Source: a virus (lineage: Duplodnaviria > Caudoviricetes). From it: 38,798 nt of DNA. The translations under genes were made by a program, and so were the position numbers. This document shows positions 1 to 6,987 of this stretch, piece by piece (within the stretch, counting starts at the first letter, position 1; every line of letters starts with the position of its first letter). The stretch is from the IMG/VR virus record IMGVR_UViG_3300015370_000029, positions 1 through 38,798 of that record; one strand, 5' to 3'. The notes below the pieces were generated by a model that did not search any database, had not been told where the DNA came from, and was given only the letters and a program-made list of their open reading frames with translations.

Positions 1-25
1 CGAAGCCGTCTACATATCAGGCGGA

Positions 26-220
26 GTGATGAGGAAGAAAACGGGACCGAAGCCGAGGGGCTATGTCAAGGTGTTGGTGAATATCCCTGCCGCATATCTG
101 GAGTTGATGAAGATAGAGAACGAGAAGTGCGGCGGGTTGAACCCGGTGAGTGAGCAGATCAGGACAGCCATTCGCGGGAAGTTATGTGGATTGATATATA
201 TCAGTCTACTCAATCGCTAG
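26..220 (+). CDS. Small DNA-binding protein, ribbon-helix-helix-like
   Basis: Basic N-terminus (RKKTGPKPRG), beta-strand VKVLVNIP, then two helices (VSEQIRTAIR). The stop TAG overlaps the GTTAGGT core site at 220. Confidence 0.5.
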   Translation: MMRKKTGPKPRGYVKVLVNIPAAYLELMKIENEKCGGLNPVSEQIRTAIRGKLCGLIYISLLNR

Positions 221-232
221 TTAGGTGCTAAT

Positions 233-481
233 ATGCAAATTGATATTGAATTTCACGAAAGAATCGGCGGCATCCAAATTGCCATGGTCAAAGTTGGTAA
301 CACCATGGTTGTCATGGAGCAAAAAGATTGGCTTGAATTTGCCCATGGAGTTATCCGCGAAATAGAAACGCACCTAACAAAGCGTGCAGCGGACGGGGCT
401 TGCTGCTCGTCCTGTGGAAGTAAGTTGGTCAACGGCGTTTGCGTATTCCATGGGTGTCCCGTGGTAACGCCCCGCCGCTAA
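233..481 (+). CDS. Cassette 1 ORF, hypothetical; the C-terminal ~36 aa are encoded by the attC site
   Basis: ORF track; starts 13 nt after the start of the core site GTTAGGT; lower GC than the structural genes. Confidence 0.6.
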   Translation: MQIDIEFHERIGGIQIAMVKVGNTMVVMEQKDWLEFAHGVIREIETHLTKRAADGACCSSCGSKLVNGVCVFHGCPVVTPRR

Positions 482-496
482 CGCAAACCGTTGGTT
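372..496 (+). mobile_element. Integron attC site 1
   Basis: R'' ACCTAAC (372-378) and R' GTTGGTT (490-496). Arms GCGTGCAGCGGACGGGGC / GCCCCGCCGCTAACGC pair with two extra unpaired bases in the left arm. Confidence 0.85.
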
Positions 497-509
497 GATA
501 GGAGGCACA

Positions 510-647
510 ATGGCAAAGTTTTGGTGTTGGTTATTCGGTCATAAGTTTTGCGAATACTCAGAATTTTCACAAAAACATAATAACCCCGCTTGGGTACATT
601 ACTGTTCGCGTTGCTGTGTAAAATTCCATAAGATAGTTCGCACCTAA
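510..647 (+). CDS. Cassette 2 ORF, 45 aa, DUF1660-like (C-x-LFGHK ... C-x-RC) small phage protein
   Basis: Manual translation MAKFWCWLFGHKFCEYSEFSQKHNNPAWVHYCSRCCVKFHKIVRT. RBS GGAGG at 501-505. Stop TAA lies inside R'' ACCTAAC. Not in the ORF track. Confidence 0.7.
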   Translation: MAKFWCWLFGHKFCEYSEFSQKHNNPAWVHYCSRCCVKFHKIVRT

Positions 648-666
648 CACCGCGTTACCGTTGGGC
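642..666 (+). mobile_element. Internally deleted attC site 2 (25 nt)
   Basis: ACCTAAC-ACCGCGTTACC-GTTGGGC: both R boxes present, L boxes and stem missing. Confidence 0.7.
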
Positions 667-695
667 GGCTCCCTTATAGCCAGAAAGGTTTTGAA

Positions 696-914
696 ATGAA
701 TAAAGTTCTTTACTCATCAACCGATGAAATTGAATGTAAATTGAAAACAAAGGTTGTCATCAATGAGGCTGGGATTTGGCTTATGCAGAATGATGAGGGC
801 GTATTGGTTGCGGATTGGCAAGCAATCGAAGCCGCCCAACACAAGATGCACCCGACCAAAAACGGGCGCGGCAAATCTGCCAAAGTTTCTACTCCCGCCG
901 TTTTTGGCGGGTAA
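696..914 (+). CDS. Cassette 3 ORF, hypothetical; reads through its attC
   Basis: ORF track; AGAAAGG RBS upstream; stop TAA lies in the right arm of attC3. Confidence 0.65.
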   Translation: MNKVLYSSTDEIECKLKTKVVINEAGIWLMQNDEGVLVADWQAIEAAQHKMHPTKNGRGKSAKVSTPAVFGG

Positions 915-929
915 TCTAAGCCGTTAGGT
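834..929 (+). mobile_element. Integron attC site 3
   Basis: R'' GCCCAAC (834-840) and R' GTTAGGT (923-929). Arms AGATGCACCCGACCAAAAACGG / CCGTTTTTGGCGGGTAATCT have the same two unpaired positions as attC1. Confidence 0.85.
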
Positions 930-934
930 GCTTC

Positions 935-1111
935 GTGAAAATAATTTGTGGTATGCGTCAAAAAGGTATCTGGTGGTTTCGTGTGTTCGGAGTTGGTCTT
1001 TCGTGGAAGGACATCCGTTTACACCCGCTCATATTTTCGGAGCGCAATGGGTATCGTAAAAAGTTGCGTATTGGTTGGTGGATATTTCACTATCTTCCAC
1101 GCGGCGGGTGA
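935..1111 (+). CDS. Cassette 4-like ORF, 58 aa Trp-rich hypothetical protein; no downstream attC
   Basis: Manual translation (GTG start) MKIICGMRQKGIWWFRVFGVGLSWKDIRLHPLIFSERNGYRKKLRIGWWIFHYLPRGG, directly after R' of attC3. Confidence 0.55.
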   Translation: MKIICGMRQKGIWWFRVFGVGLSWKDIRLHPLIFSERNGYRKKLRIGWWIFHYLPRGG

Positions 1112-1115
1112 AAAA

Positions 1116-1209
1116 GTGCTATAATTTCGTGTATATCCACCCGCCCGACAGACATGAGAAACGGGGCAGTCCAACCAGGACTGCCCCGTTCTTGTTTTAA
1201 GTGGGCGGG
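1116..1209 (+). promoter_or_regulatory. Putative late promoter (extended -10 TGCTATAAT) plus structured leader, copy 1
   Basis: TGCTATAAT at 1117-1125; CCGACAGACAT motif; 13-bp stem AACGGGGCAGTCC/GGACTGCCCCGTT with T-rich tail. A second copy lies at 17015-17180. Confidence 0.65.
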
Positions 1210-1230
1210 AATTAGATAAGGAGAAAGATC

Positions 1231-1527
1231 ATGGAAATTGCATTGAGTATTGCGTTTGTTGTGGCGGCAGTGGCCTTCTTCAAGGAGCAGTTGAAGTTCA
1301 GCGGCTATTGGTCATTGCTTGCGGCGTTTATCGTCGTGTTGATCGTGGCGTGGCTGCCTGAACTGGTTGTGTTGTTCCCTGTATCCGGTCCGTTCATAGA
1401 CAAGTTCGTGCTGGTGGTGCAGTTATTCATCGGTGCGGTGGGTGGACGGGACGCGGTGGTAGCAGCGTCGGTCAGCGCACAGACGAAGGTGGATGCGCTG
1501 CGCGGCACGCGGAATTCAGCCAAATAA
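1231..1527 (+). CDS. Holin-like membrane protein
   Basis: 98 aa, about 3 hydrophobic segments, basic C-terminus, strong AAGGAG RBS. Confidence 0.55.
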   Translation: MEIALSIAFVVAAVAFFKEQLKFSGYWSLLAAFIVVLIVAWLPELVVLFPVSGPFIDKFVLVVQLFIGAVGGRDAVVAASVSAQTKVDALRGTRNSAK

Positions 1528-1538
1528 TTTGAACACAA

Positions 1539-1568
1539 TACCGCTGGGGACCCAGATCCCCAGCGGTA
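1539..1568. repeat. Perfect 12-bp intergenic hairpin
   Basis: TACCGCTGGGGA-cccaga-TCCCCAGCGGTA; no U-tract on +. Confidence 0.7.
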
Positions 1569-1585
1569 GAAAGACAAAGGCAAAG

Positions 1586-1846
1586 ATGATTGATGAATTA
1601 TTGATAGCGCCGAGCTTGCTTGCGCTGTTTGCCCTGCTTGCGGCGGCAGTAAAGGTGAGTACGAGAGAATACGAGCACGCATTCACACGCGGAATTGTGG
1701 CTGTGTTTTATTTTGTATTAGCAATTGTATCGTTGCAAATTGAAATGTCGAGGTTGTTGGCACGCTGGTTCTGGCTCTTGTTGTTCGGGGTGGAGATACT
1801 CTCCTGGTGTGTGATGCAGTTATGGAGGAGAAAAAATGAGCGTTGA
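1586..1846 (+). CDS. Small membrane protein (3 TM), possible lysis accessory
   Basis: Likely start MIDELL at 1586; hydrophobic helices. Confidence 0.5.
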   Translation: MIDELLIAPSLLALFALLAAAVKVSTREYEHAFTRGIVAVFYFVLAIVSLQIEMSRLLARWFWLLLFGVEILSWCVMQLWRRKNER

Positions 1847-2111
1847 AATTATTCTTCTGGTGTTATCGGGACTTGGCGGATTATTTTTGGGGATCTACAA
1901 CGCAGTGATCGCCGCGCGTAAAGGCACGGTGGACGAATGGCGCGGCTTGCTGGAGGAGCAGCGAAAACTATTGGCTGAGTTGAAAAAAAAAATAGAGGAG
2001 CGCGATCAGGAGATCGAGGACTTGGTAGAGTGGGCGCTGCGACTGGTGACTCAGGTGCAGAGTCTTGGGCAAGAACCGGTAAGGTTCATTAGGAAACCTG
2101 ATGGTGAGTAA
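1836..2111 (+). CDS. N-terminal TM plus coiled-coil protein (holin/lysis accessory-like)
   Basis: One TM helix followed by a heptad-rich charged region; GGAGGAG RBS. Confidence 0.55.
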   Translation: MSVEIILLVLSGLGGLFLGIYNAVIAARKGTVDEWRGLLEEQRKLLAELKKKIEERDQEIEDLVEWALRLVTQVQSLGQEPVRFIRKPDGE

Positions 2112-2128
2112 GAGAATGAGGAAACCCT

Positions 2129-2698
2129 ATGAAGAACGTTTGCGGTGCGAAACTTCGAGGCAAGGATCGAACCTGCCAGAAGCCGCCGATGGCAAACAAG
2201 CGGAGATGCAGGCTGCATGGCGGTGCAACTCCCAGCGGACCCGATAGCACGAACTATAAACACGGACGGTATGCGCTGGTTTTCAGGGGCAGACTGGCTG
2301 AGAAATTTGCAAGCGCATCGGCAGACGAGGAACCTTTGGATCTGCTGCCTGAATTAGCGGTGCAGAGATCGTTGTTGGCGCAGTACGTGGAGGTGGTATC
2401 GGGCAAGAAGACCGTGAAAGCCGGCGACGTGAAGAACGTCAGTGCTTTGGCGGAGGATGTGGTGCGGACGGCGGCGACGATTGCGAAGGTGCGCAACGAC
2501 ACAGCGTTGACGATTGCCGAGGTGAGATTTATCCAAGCCGGCATGATGAGATTATTGGAGAAATATGTCACTGATCCAGACCGACAGCGGAATTTTATCG
2601 AGGAGCTCAGTAGACTTGTTCCTGGCAGGTATGATGCCGGCGGCGGCGTCTCCACAGTTCTTCCCGTTGGTGCAGGAAAAGCAAGCCAGGTTGCTTGA
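2129..2698 (+). CDS. terS: Terminase small subunit with HGGxSTG-type N-terminal domain
   Basis: CGAK...C...RCRLHGGATPSG...NYKHGRY motif; directly upstream of TerL. Confidence 0.75.
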   Translation: MKNVCGAKLRGKDRTCQKPPMANKRRCRLHGGATPSGPDSTNYKHGRYALVFRGRLAEKFASASADEEPLDLLPELAVQRSLLAQYVEVVSGKKTVKAGDVKNVSALAEDVVRTAATIAKVRNDTALTIAEVRFIQAGMMRLLEKYVTDPDRQRNFIEELSRLVPGRYDAGGGVSTVLPVGAGKASQVA

Positions 2699-5063
2699 GG
2701 CGTGCGGATTTCCATGTGTGCCGGCGGGGGAGCATGAGTTCAGCGGGCAGATGATTCCGATGTGGCAGGCGACCGGGGAGCGCAAGCAGGCAAAGGCGAG
2801 TCTGATCGGGTTTGGCGGGGCGGCATACGGCGGCAAGAGTTACGGCATGTTGATCATGGCTCGTGTGGCAGCGGAATTGTGGCCGGGCGTGCAGATCGCC
2901 TACTTCCGCAGGACGTACCCTGAACTGGACGGACCGGGAGCCAGCATCCAGAAAGCATATGGAGTCTTTGGGGATGTGGCAAAGGATACGAACGGCGGCA
3001 AGGAGTGGCAATGGGCGAATGGGAGTACGGTGTTCTTTCGTCACTGCCAGAACGAGAAGGATGTGTACAGTTATCAGAGCCAGCAGATTGACATCCTGTT
3101 GTTGGACGAGGCAACACACTTTACCTGGTTCATCGTGGATTATTTACTAACCCGTAACCGGGCGAGTGGGGATGTAAAGACGACAGGCTTCAGACCTTTT
3201 GCAGTGATGCCCAGCAACCCGGGTAATATCGGACATCAGTGGTACTCGCAGGTGTTCGACGTGGAGCAGAAGTCCGGCAAGCATGAGAGTTTGAAACTGG
3301 TACAGAACCCGAACGGTAAGAATGCGCAGGTGTATTTCATCCCAGCCTTTCTGGAGGACAACCAGATCGGGGTGGCAGCTGACCCGGAGTATGAGAGCCG
3401 GCTGACACAAAGAGACCCGGAGATTGCGAGAGCGCTGCGATACGGCGATTGGAGTCTATTTGCAGGGCAGGCATTCCCTGGTTGGACAAAGGATCGAATT
3501 GCATGTGAACCGTTCGAGATCCCTGAACATTGGGCGAGGTGGCGGGCGTTGGACTATGGTTTTGTGCATCCGTGGGCGGCGGGTTGGTTTACGGTGGACC
3601 CTGCGACGAAGCGTTTGTATGTGTATAAGGCAGTCAAGAAGAGCGAACTGACCGACACACAGCAAGCCGTGTTGATGAACTCCATGACCGCAGCCGATGA
3701 GCGCATTACTGTGACGTATGCCAGCCCGGATATGTGGGCACGGAAGACGCAAGGTAACAAGGTCTTTACCAGTGTGGACGAATACAAAGCGGAAGGGGTG
3801 CTGCTTACTCGAGCCGACAACGAACGGTTGAATGGCAAGCGTAAGATTGACCGCTTGTTATTCGATGCGCTGGACGGCAAGCCGATGGTCCAGGTGTTTG
3901 AGCCTTACTACGAAGTGTTCGCCTGCATGAGGACGTTGGTGCGGGATGATCATAACCCAGAGGATGTGAAGAAGGTGGATGGTGACGACTGTATAGCGGC
4001 TGGAACATTGGTCACAACCGATAAAGGCGACAAGCCGATTGAGGAGGTGATTGCAACAGATATGGTATTGACACGCAAAGGATACAAAATGGTAACGCGT
4101 GCATGGCTAAAACAAAAGAACTCGGTAGTTTATAAAGCAACCTTTAGTGATGGTCGTTATGTAATTGGGACTGGCAACCATCCTGTTTACGTTGTAGGTC
4201 GTGGTTTTATAAATCTTGACACTCTTAGTCATGGTGATGTGATCATCACGAAGGAGAATATATTATGCCAACCGACACAGTTATCTTTAATGGATACAAG
4301 TTTAGACGGTACCCAAGCTCTGAAAACAAGACGCATCAGAGATATTATTCGCCGAGTGGCAATTACAGGCAGCGCGGTATTGGTTTCCTTCATCAAGAAG
4401 TTTGGAAGAGCGTGTATGGAGAAATTCCAGAAGATCATCACATTCACCACAAGGATCACAACCCACTTAATAACGATATTACAAACCTTGAATGTGTCAA
4501 TAGGCATGACCATCTATCCGCTCATTCAAAACAACATGCGCCTGGCGTCGAGCACATGGATAGAATACGCAAGTTGGCAGCAAAGTGGCACAAGTCGAAA
4601 GTTGGCAGGCAATGGCATTCAGAGATCACAAAGTCTGCATGGAAAAATCGCGTGTTACAAACGCTTGCTTGTAACTTTTGTAAAAAGGAATATCAAGTGC
4701 TCTTCAAAAGAAAGGCTCACTATTGCTCTGCGCTTTGCAGGTCTGCGGCGCGGCGGAGAAGCGGCAAGGATGATGTTTCGAGAACTTGTCCAGTTTGCGG
4801 AAAAGATTTTGTTACAAATAAATATGATGACACACAGACATGCTCACGATTGTGTGGTGCGAGTTTGCGACGTTCAAAAGCTCGATAATCACCAAGACGT
4901 ATACAACCTAACTGTGATGGACGAACACGAGTTCTTTGCGAACGGCGTGCTTGTTCATAATTGTTATGACATGCTGAGATACGGATTATCGAACATAAAC
5001 CAACCGACCAAGACGCAGACCAAGACCGTGCATCCTGCGAGAGGAGTGAAGGCGATATGGTAA
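2631..5063 (+). CDS. terL: Terminase large subunit, intein-containing (probable start 2631)
   Basis: Walker A GGAAYGGKS, Walker B LLLDEATH, PSNPG coupling motif, nuclease LDYG and DD..C/YDMLRY motifs. Confidence 0.95.
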   Translation: MMPAAASPQFFPLVQEKQARLLEACGFPCVPAGEHEFSGQMIPMWQATGERKQAKASLIGFGGAAYGGKSYGMLIMARVAAELWPGVQIAYFRRTYPELDGPGASIQKAYGVFGDVAKDTNGGKEWQWANGSTVFFRHCQNEKDVYSYQSQQIDILLLDEATHFTWFIVDYLLTRNRASGDVKTTGFRPFAVMPSNPGNIGHQWYSQVFDVEQKSGKHESLKLVQNPNGKNAQVYFIPAFLEDNQIGVAADPEYESRLTQRDPEIARALRYGDWSLFAGQAFPGWTKDRIACEPFEIPEHWARWRALDYGFVHPWAAGWFTVDPATKRLYVYKAVKKSELTDTQQAVLMNSMTAADERITVTYASPDMWARKTQGNKVFTSVDEYKAEGVLLTRADNERLNGKRKIDRLLFDALDGKPMVQVFEPYYEVFACMRTLVRDDHNPEDVKKVDGDDCIAAGTLVTTDKGDKPIEEVIATDMVLTRKGYKMVTRAWLKQKNSVVYKATFSDGRYVIGTGNHPVYVVGRGFINLDTLSHGDVIITKENILCQPTQLSLMDTSLDGTQALKTRRIRDIIRRVAITGSAVLVSFIKKFGRACMEKFQKIITFTTRITTHLITILQTLNVSIGMTIYPLIQNNMRLASSTWIEYASWQQSGTSRKLAGNGIQRSQSLHGKIACYKRLLVTFVKRNIKCSSKERLTIALRFAGLRRGGEAARMMFRELVQFAEKILLQINMMTHRHAHDCVVRVCDVQKLDNHQDVYNLTVMDEHEFFANGVLVHNCYDMLRYGLSNINQPTKTQTKTVHPARGVKAIW
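3990..4961 (+). mobile_element. Intein (324 aa) in the TerL nuclease domain
   Basis: Block A CIAAGTLVTT, block B GTGNHPVYV, block F DVYNLTV, block G FFANGVLVHN followed by +1 Cys. Removal restores DGDD-CYDMLRY. Confidence 0.95.
4265..4888 (+). CDS. HNH endonuclease with C-terminal Zn-finger repeats, nested out of frame within the intein
   Basis: LHQEVW...IHHKDHNPLNNDITNLECV (HNH_3-like), CxxC/YCSxxC pairs, own RBS AAGGAG at 4251-4256. Confidence 0.9.
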   Translation: MPTDTVIFNGYKFRRYPSSENKTHQRYYSPSGNYRQRGIGFLHQEVWKSVYGEIPEDHHIHHKDHNPLNNDITNLECVNRHDHLSAHSKQHAPGVEHMDRIRKLAAKWHKSKVGRQWHSEITKSAWKNRVLQTLACNFCKKEYQVLFKRKAHYCSALCRSAARRRSGKDDVSRTCPVCGKDFVTNKYDDTQTCSRLCGASLRRSKAR

Positions 5064-6766
5064 AGAAAACCGAGAAGGTAGACGAGATCACGTCCTCGAG
5101 AGAGATGACGGAAGAAGAAATCCAGAAGATGAAGAAACTGGCGGAGCGGGTCGAGAGCAGCCGGGGCGGGTTGACCAGTCTTTACGACCGTTATCGTGAG
5201 ATGTACTTCATGGAGGATGAGAGCAAGCCAAATTGGGGTAACGTGGACGAGAAAGATATTGCTGTGACCATTTCCCCTTCCTCCCGTAACGAGGTGGTGG
5301 GGATGGTGCGCTTACTGGATACGTCCGACTTGCATGTGAAGGTCAAAAGCAAAGGCGAGGAAGCCAGTAACTCAGACAAGATCGAAGATGCGTTGAAGAG
5401 CATACTGAGGGTGAGCGGAGAGTATCGGCGGGCACGGGTGGAGAGTGACGCGGCATTGAGCGCGGTGCTGTACGGTCCTGTGACGTTGTATGCCGAGAGC
5501 CTGGATGATGTGCTGGAAGTGAACAAGGATAATAAATACCGCACGGCGCAGTTGGAGGAGATCAAATTACGCACGCCCTTCCTGATCCGCACACTGAATG
5601 CCGAGCAGAGCTACCCGGATTGGGGGGAGTTTGGGTTGATAGCGCACAGTTGGAAATACGACAAGCTTGGAAGCGCCTTGAAGGAGCGTTGGGGGGTGGA
5701 GTGTAACCTTGACCAGGACTATACCGTGCATGATGTGTACGACTGTGAGTTCAGGCTGGTGTATGCGGATGGGATCAGCACCCCTTTGCTGGCGGTGACG
5801 CACGGGTTGAACCGCATCCCGATCGTGCAGAGATACGCGGGGGGATCGAGTTTGTTCAATAAGCCAGAGAAGCAGATGCAATCCTTCCTGTATGCGAAGG
5901 CAAAGAGCCGGCTGGATAAGCGTGAGAATGCCCTCTTGACAGCGATCAGCACGGCGATCAATACGCGCGGATTGTTGGGTCCGTTGTTATCGGTCAACCC
6001 GGAGAACGTGCCTGATAAATTGGAGATCAAGAATGCGGGCATGGTGCGGATGCTGGTGGCGGATGCGAAGCAGGTGGATGACAAGGTGATTGACCCGGTG
6101 GTATTCCAGTGGAAGAATCTACTGGATGAACTAAGCGGGCAGAGCACGATCTATAAGCAGACATTGGGCGAGAACATAAACACTGCGACCTTCTCTGGCT
6201 TGGCGATGTTATCCAGCGCGGGCAAACTGCCGATGGTGGATCAACAACGGGCGATAGAGATGGCGTTCCGTGACATCTTCCTGAGCATCTTACAGCGTAT
6301 CAAGCATGAGAGCATCGAGAATGACCTGATCCCGGCGGGAGAGATCCCGGATGATGTGGACTTGGATGTGAGCCTTGAGCCGAAACTACCGCAGGATCAA
6401 TTACGGAACGCGACGGTGGCAACCAACCTGGGGAACCTGGTCAGCAAGGAATGGAAGCACAGCGAGTTATTGCAAATCTCAGACAGCCAGGAGATGACCA
6501 AGCAGGTGCAGAAGGAGGCATTGAGGGATGCGATCTTGATGCAGATCATACAGAACCCGGAGACGATGTCGCCGTATATTATGGCAGCGTTGGGGATGAA
6601 ACCAGCCGCTCCACCAACAGTTGCCCAACCCACAGATACCCCCCTGTCTGCTGCGCAGACATCCCCCCATGGCGCTAAGAACGGCGCCATAGGGGGAGAG
6701 ATGCCGCAGGGTGGTGAGCAGTTGCCGCAGGTGGACGCGATGATCCCGCCAGAGGAGAGACGCTGA
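5057..6766 (+). CDS. Portal protein
   Basis: 569 aa, overlaps the TerL stop, helical; ELSG...TLG...SGLA region typical of podovirus-type portals. Position-based call. Confidence 0.75.
   Translation: MVKKTEKVDEITSSREMTEEEIQKMKKLAERVESSRGGLTSLYDRYREMYFMEDESKPNWGNVDEKDIAVTISPSSRNEVVGMVRLLDTSDLHVKVKSKGEEASNSDKIEDALKSILRVSGEYRRARVESDAALSAVLYGPVTLYAESLDDVLEVNKDNKYRTAQLEEIKLRTPFLIRTLNAEQSYPDWGEFGLIAHSWKYDKLGSALKERWGVECNLDQDYTVHDVYDCEFRLVYADGISTPLLAVTHGLNRIPIVQRYAGGSSLFNKPEKQMQSFLYAKAKSRLDKRENALLTAISTAINTRGLLGPLLSVNPENVPDKLEIKNAGMVRMLVADAKQVDDKVIDPVVFQWKNLLDELSGQSTIYKQTLGENINTATFSGLAMLSSAGKLPMVDQQRAIEMAFRDIFLSILQRIKHESIENDLIPAGEIPDDVDLDVSLEPKLPQDQLRNATVATNLGNLVSKEWKHSELLQISDSQEMTKQVQKEALRDAILMQIIQNPETMSPYIMAALGMKPAAPPTVAQPTDTPLSAAQTSPHGAKNGAIGGEMPQGGEQLPQVDAMIPPEERR
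6638..6700 (+). repeat. Dispersed hairpin repeat type A, in-frame in the portal gene
   Basis: ACCCCCCTGTCTGCTGCGCAGACATCCCCCCAT...ATAGGGGGAGAG, 63 nt. Confidence 0.85.
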
Positions 6767-6969
6767 TGAGCATGGACCTGAGGGATTTACTGTTGGAGGC
6801 GACGGCGGAGGTGCAGGAAACCTTGCGCGAGGTGATGCAGGAGTTGATCGAGCCGATGATGATACAGGATATCACCCGGATGTGGATGTCCACGCCGGAG
6901 GAGATGAAGGAACAATTCAAACGTGAAGGATCCGCGGAATACGCCGCATTGATGGATGTGATTGGATAG
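6766..6969 (+). CDS. Small acidic hypothetical protein
   Basis: Coupled to the portal stop (TGATG). Confidence 0.65.
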   Translation: MSMDLRDLLLEATAEVQETLREVMQELIEPMMIQDITRMWMSTPEEMKEQFKREGSAEYAALMDVIG

Positions 6970-6987
6970 CCAATAAAGGAGAACAAA

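Noticed and set aside
2565-2630. TerL start at 2565, and other upstream-extended starts in the ORF track (1493, 15698, 16119, 17174, 18941, 37392)
   Set aside because: The extensions overlap upstream genes or repeats; downstream ATGs have better RBS or coupling.
4229-4900. Group I intron or programmed frameshift explaining the nested HNH
   Set aside because: The TerL frame is fully open with complete intein blocks, and the HNH has its own RBS and stop, so neither is needed.
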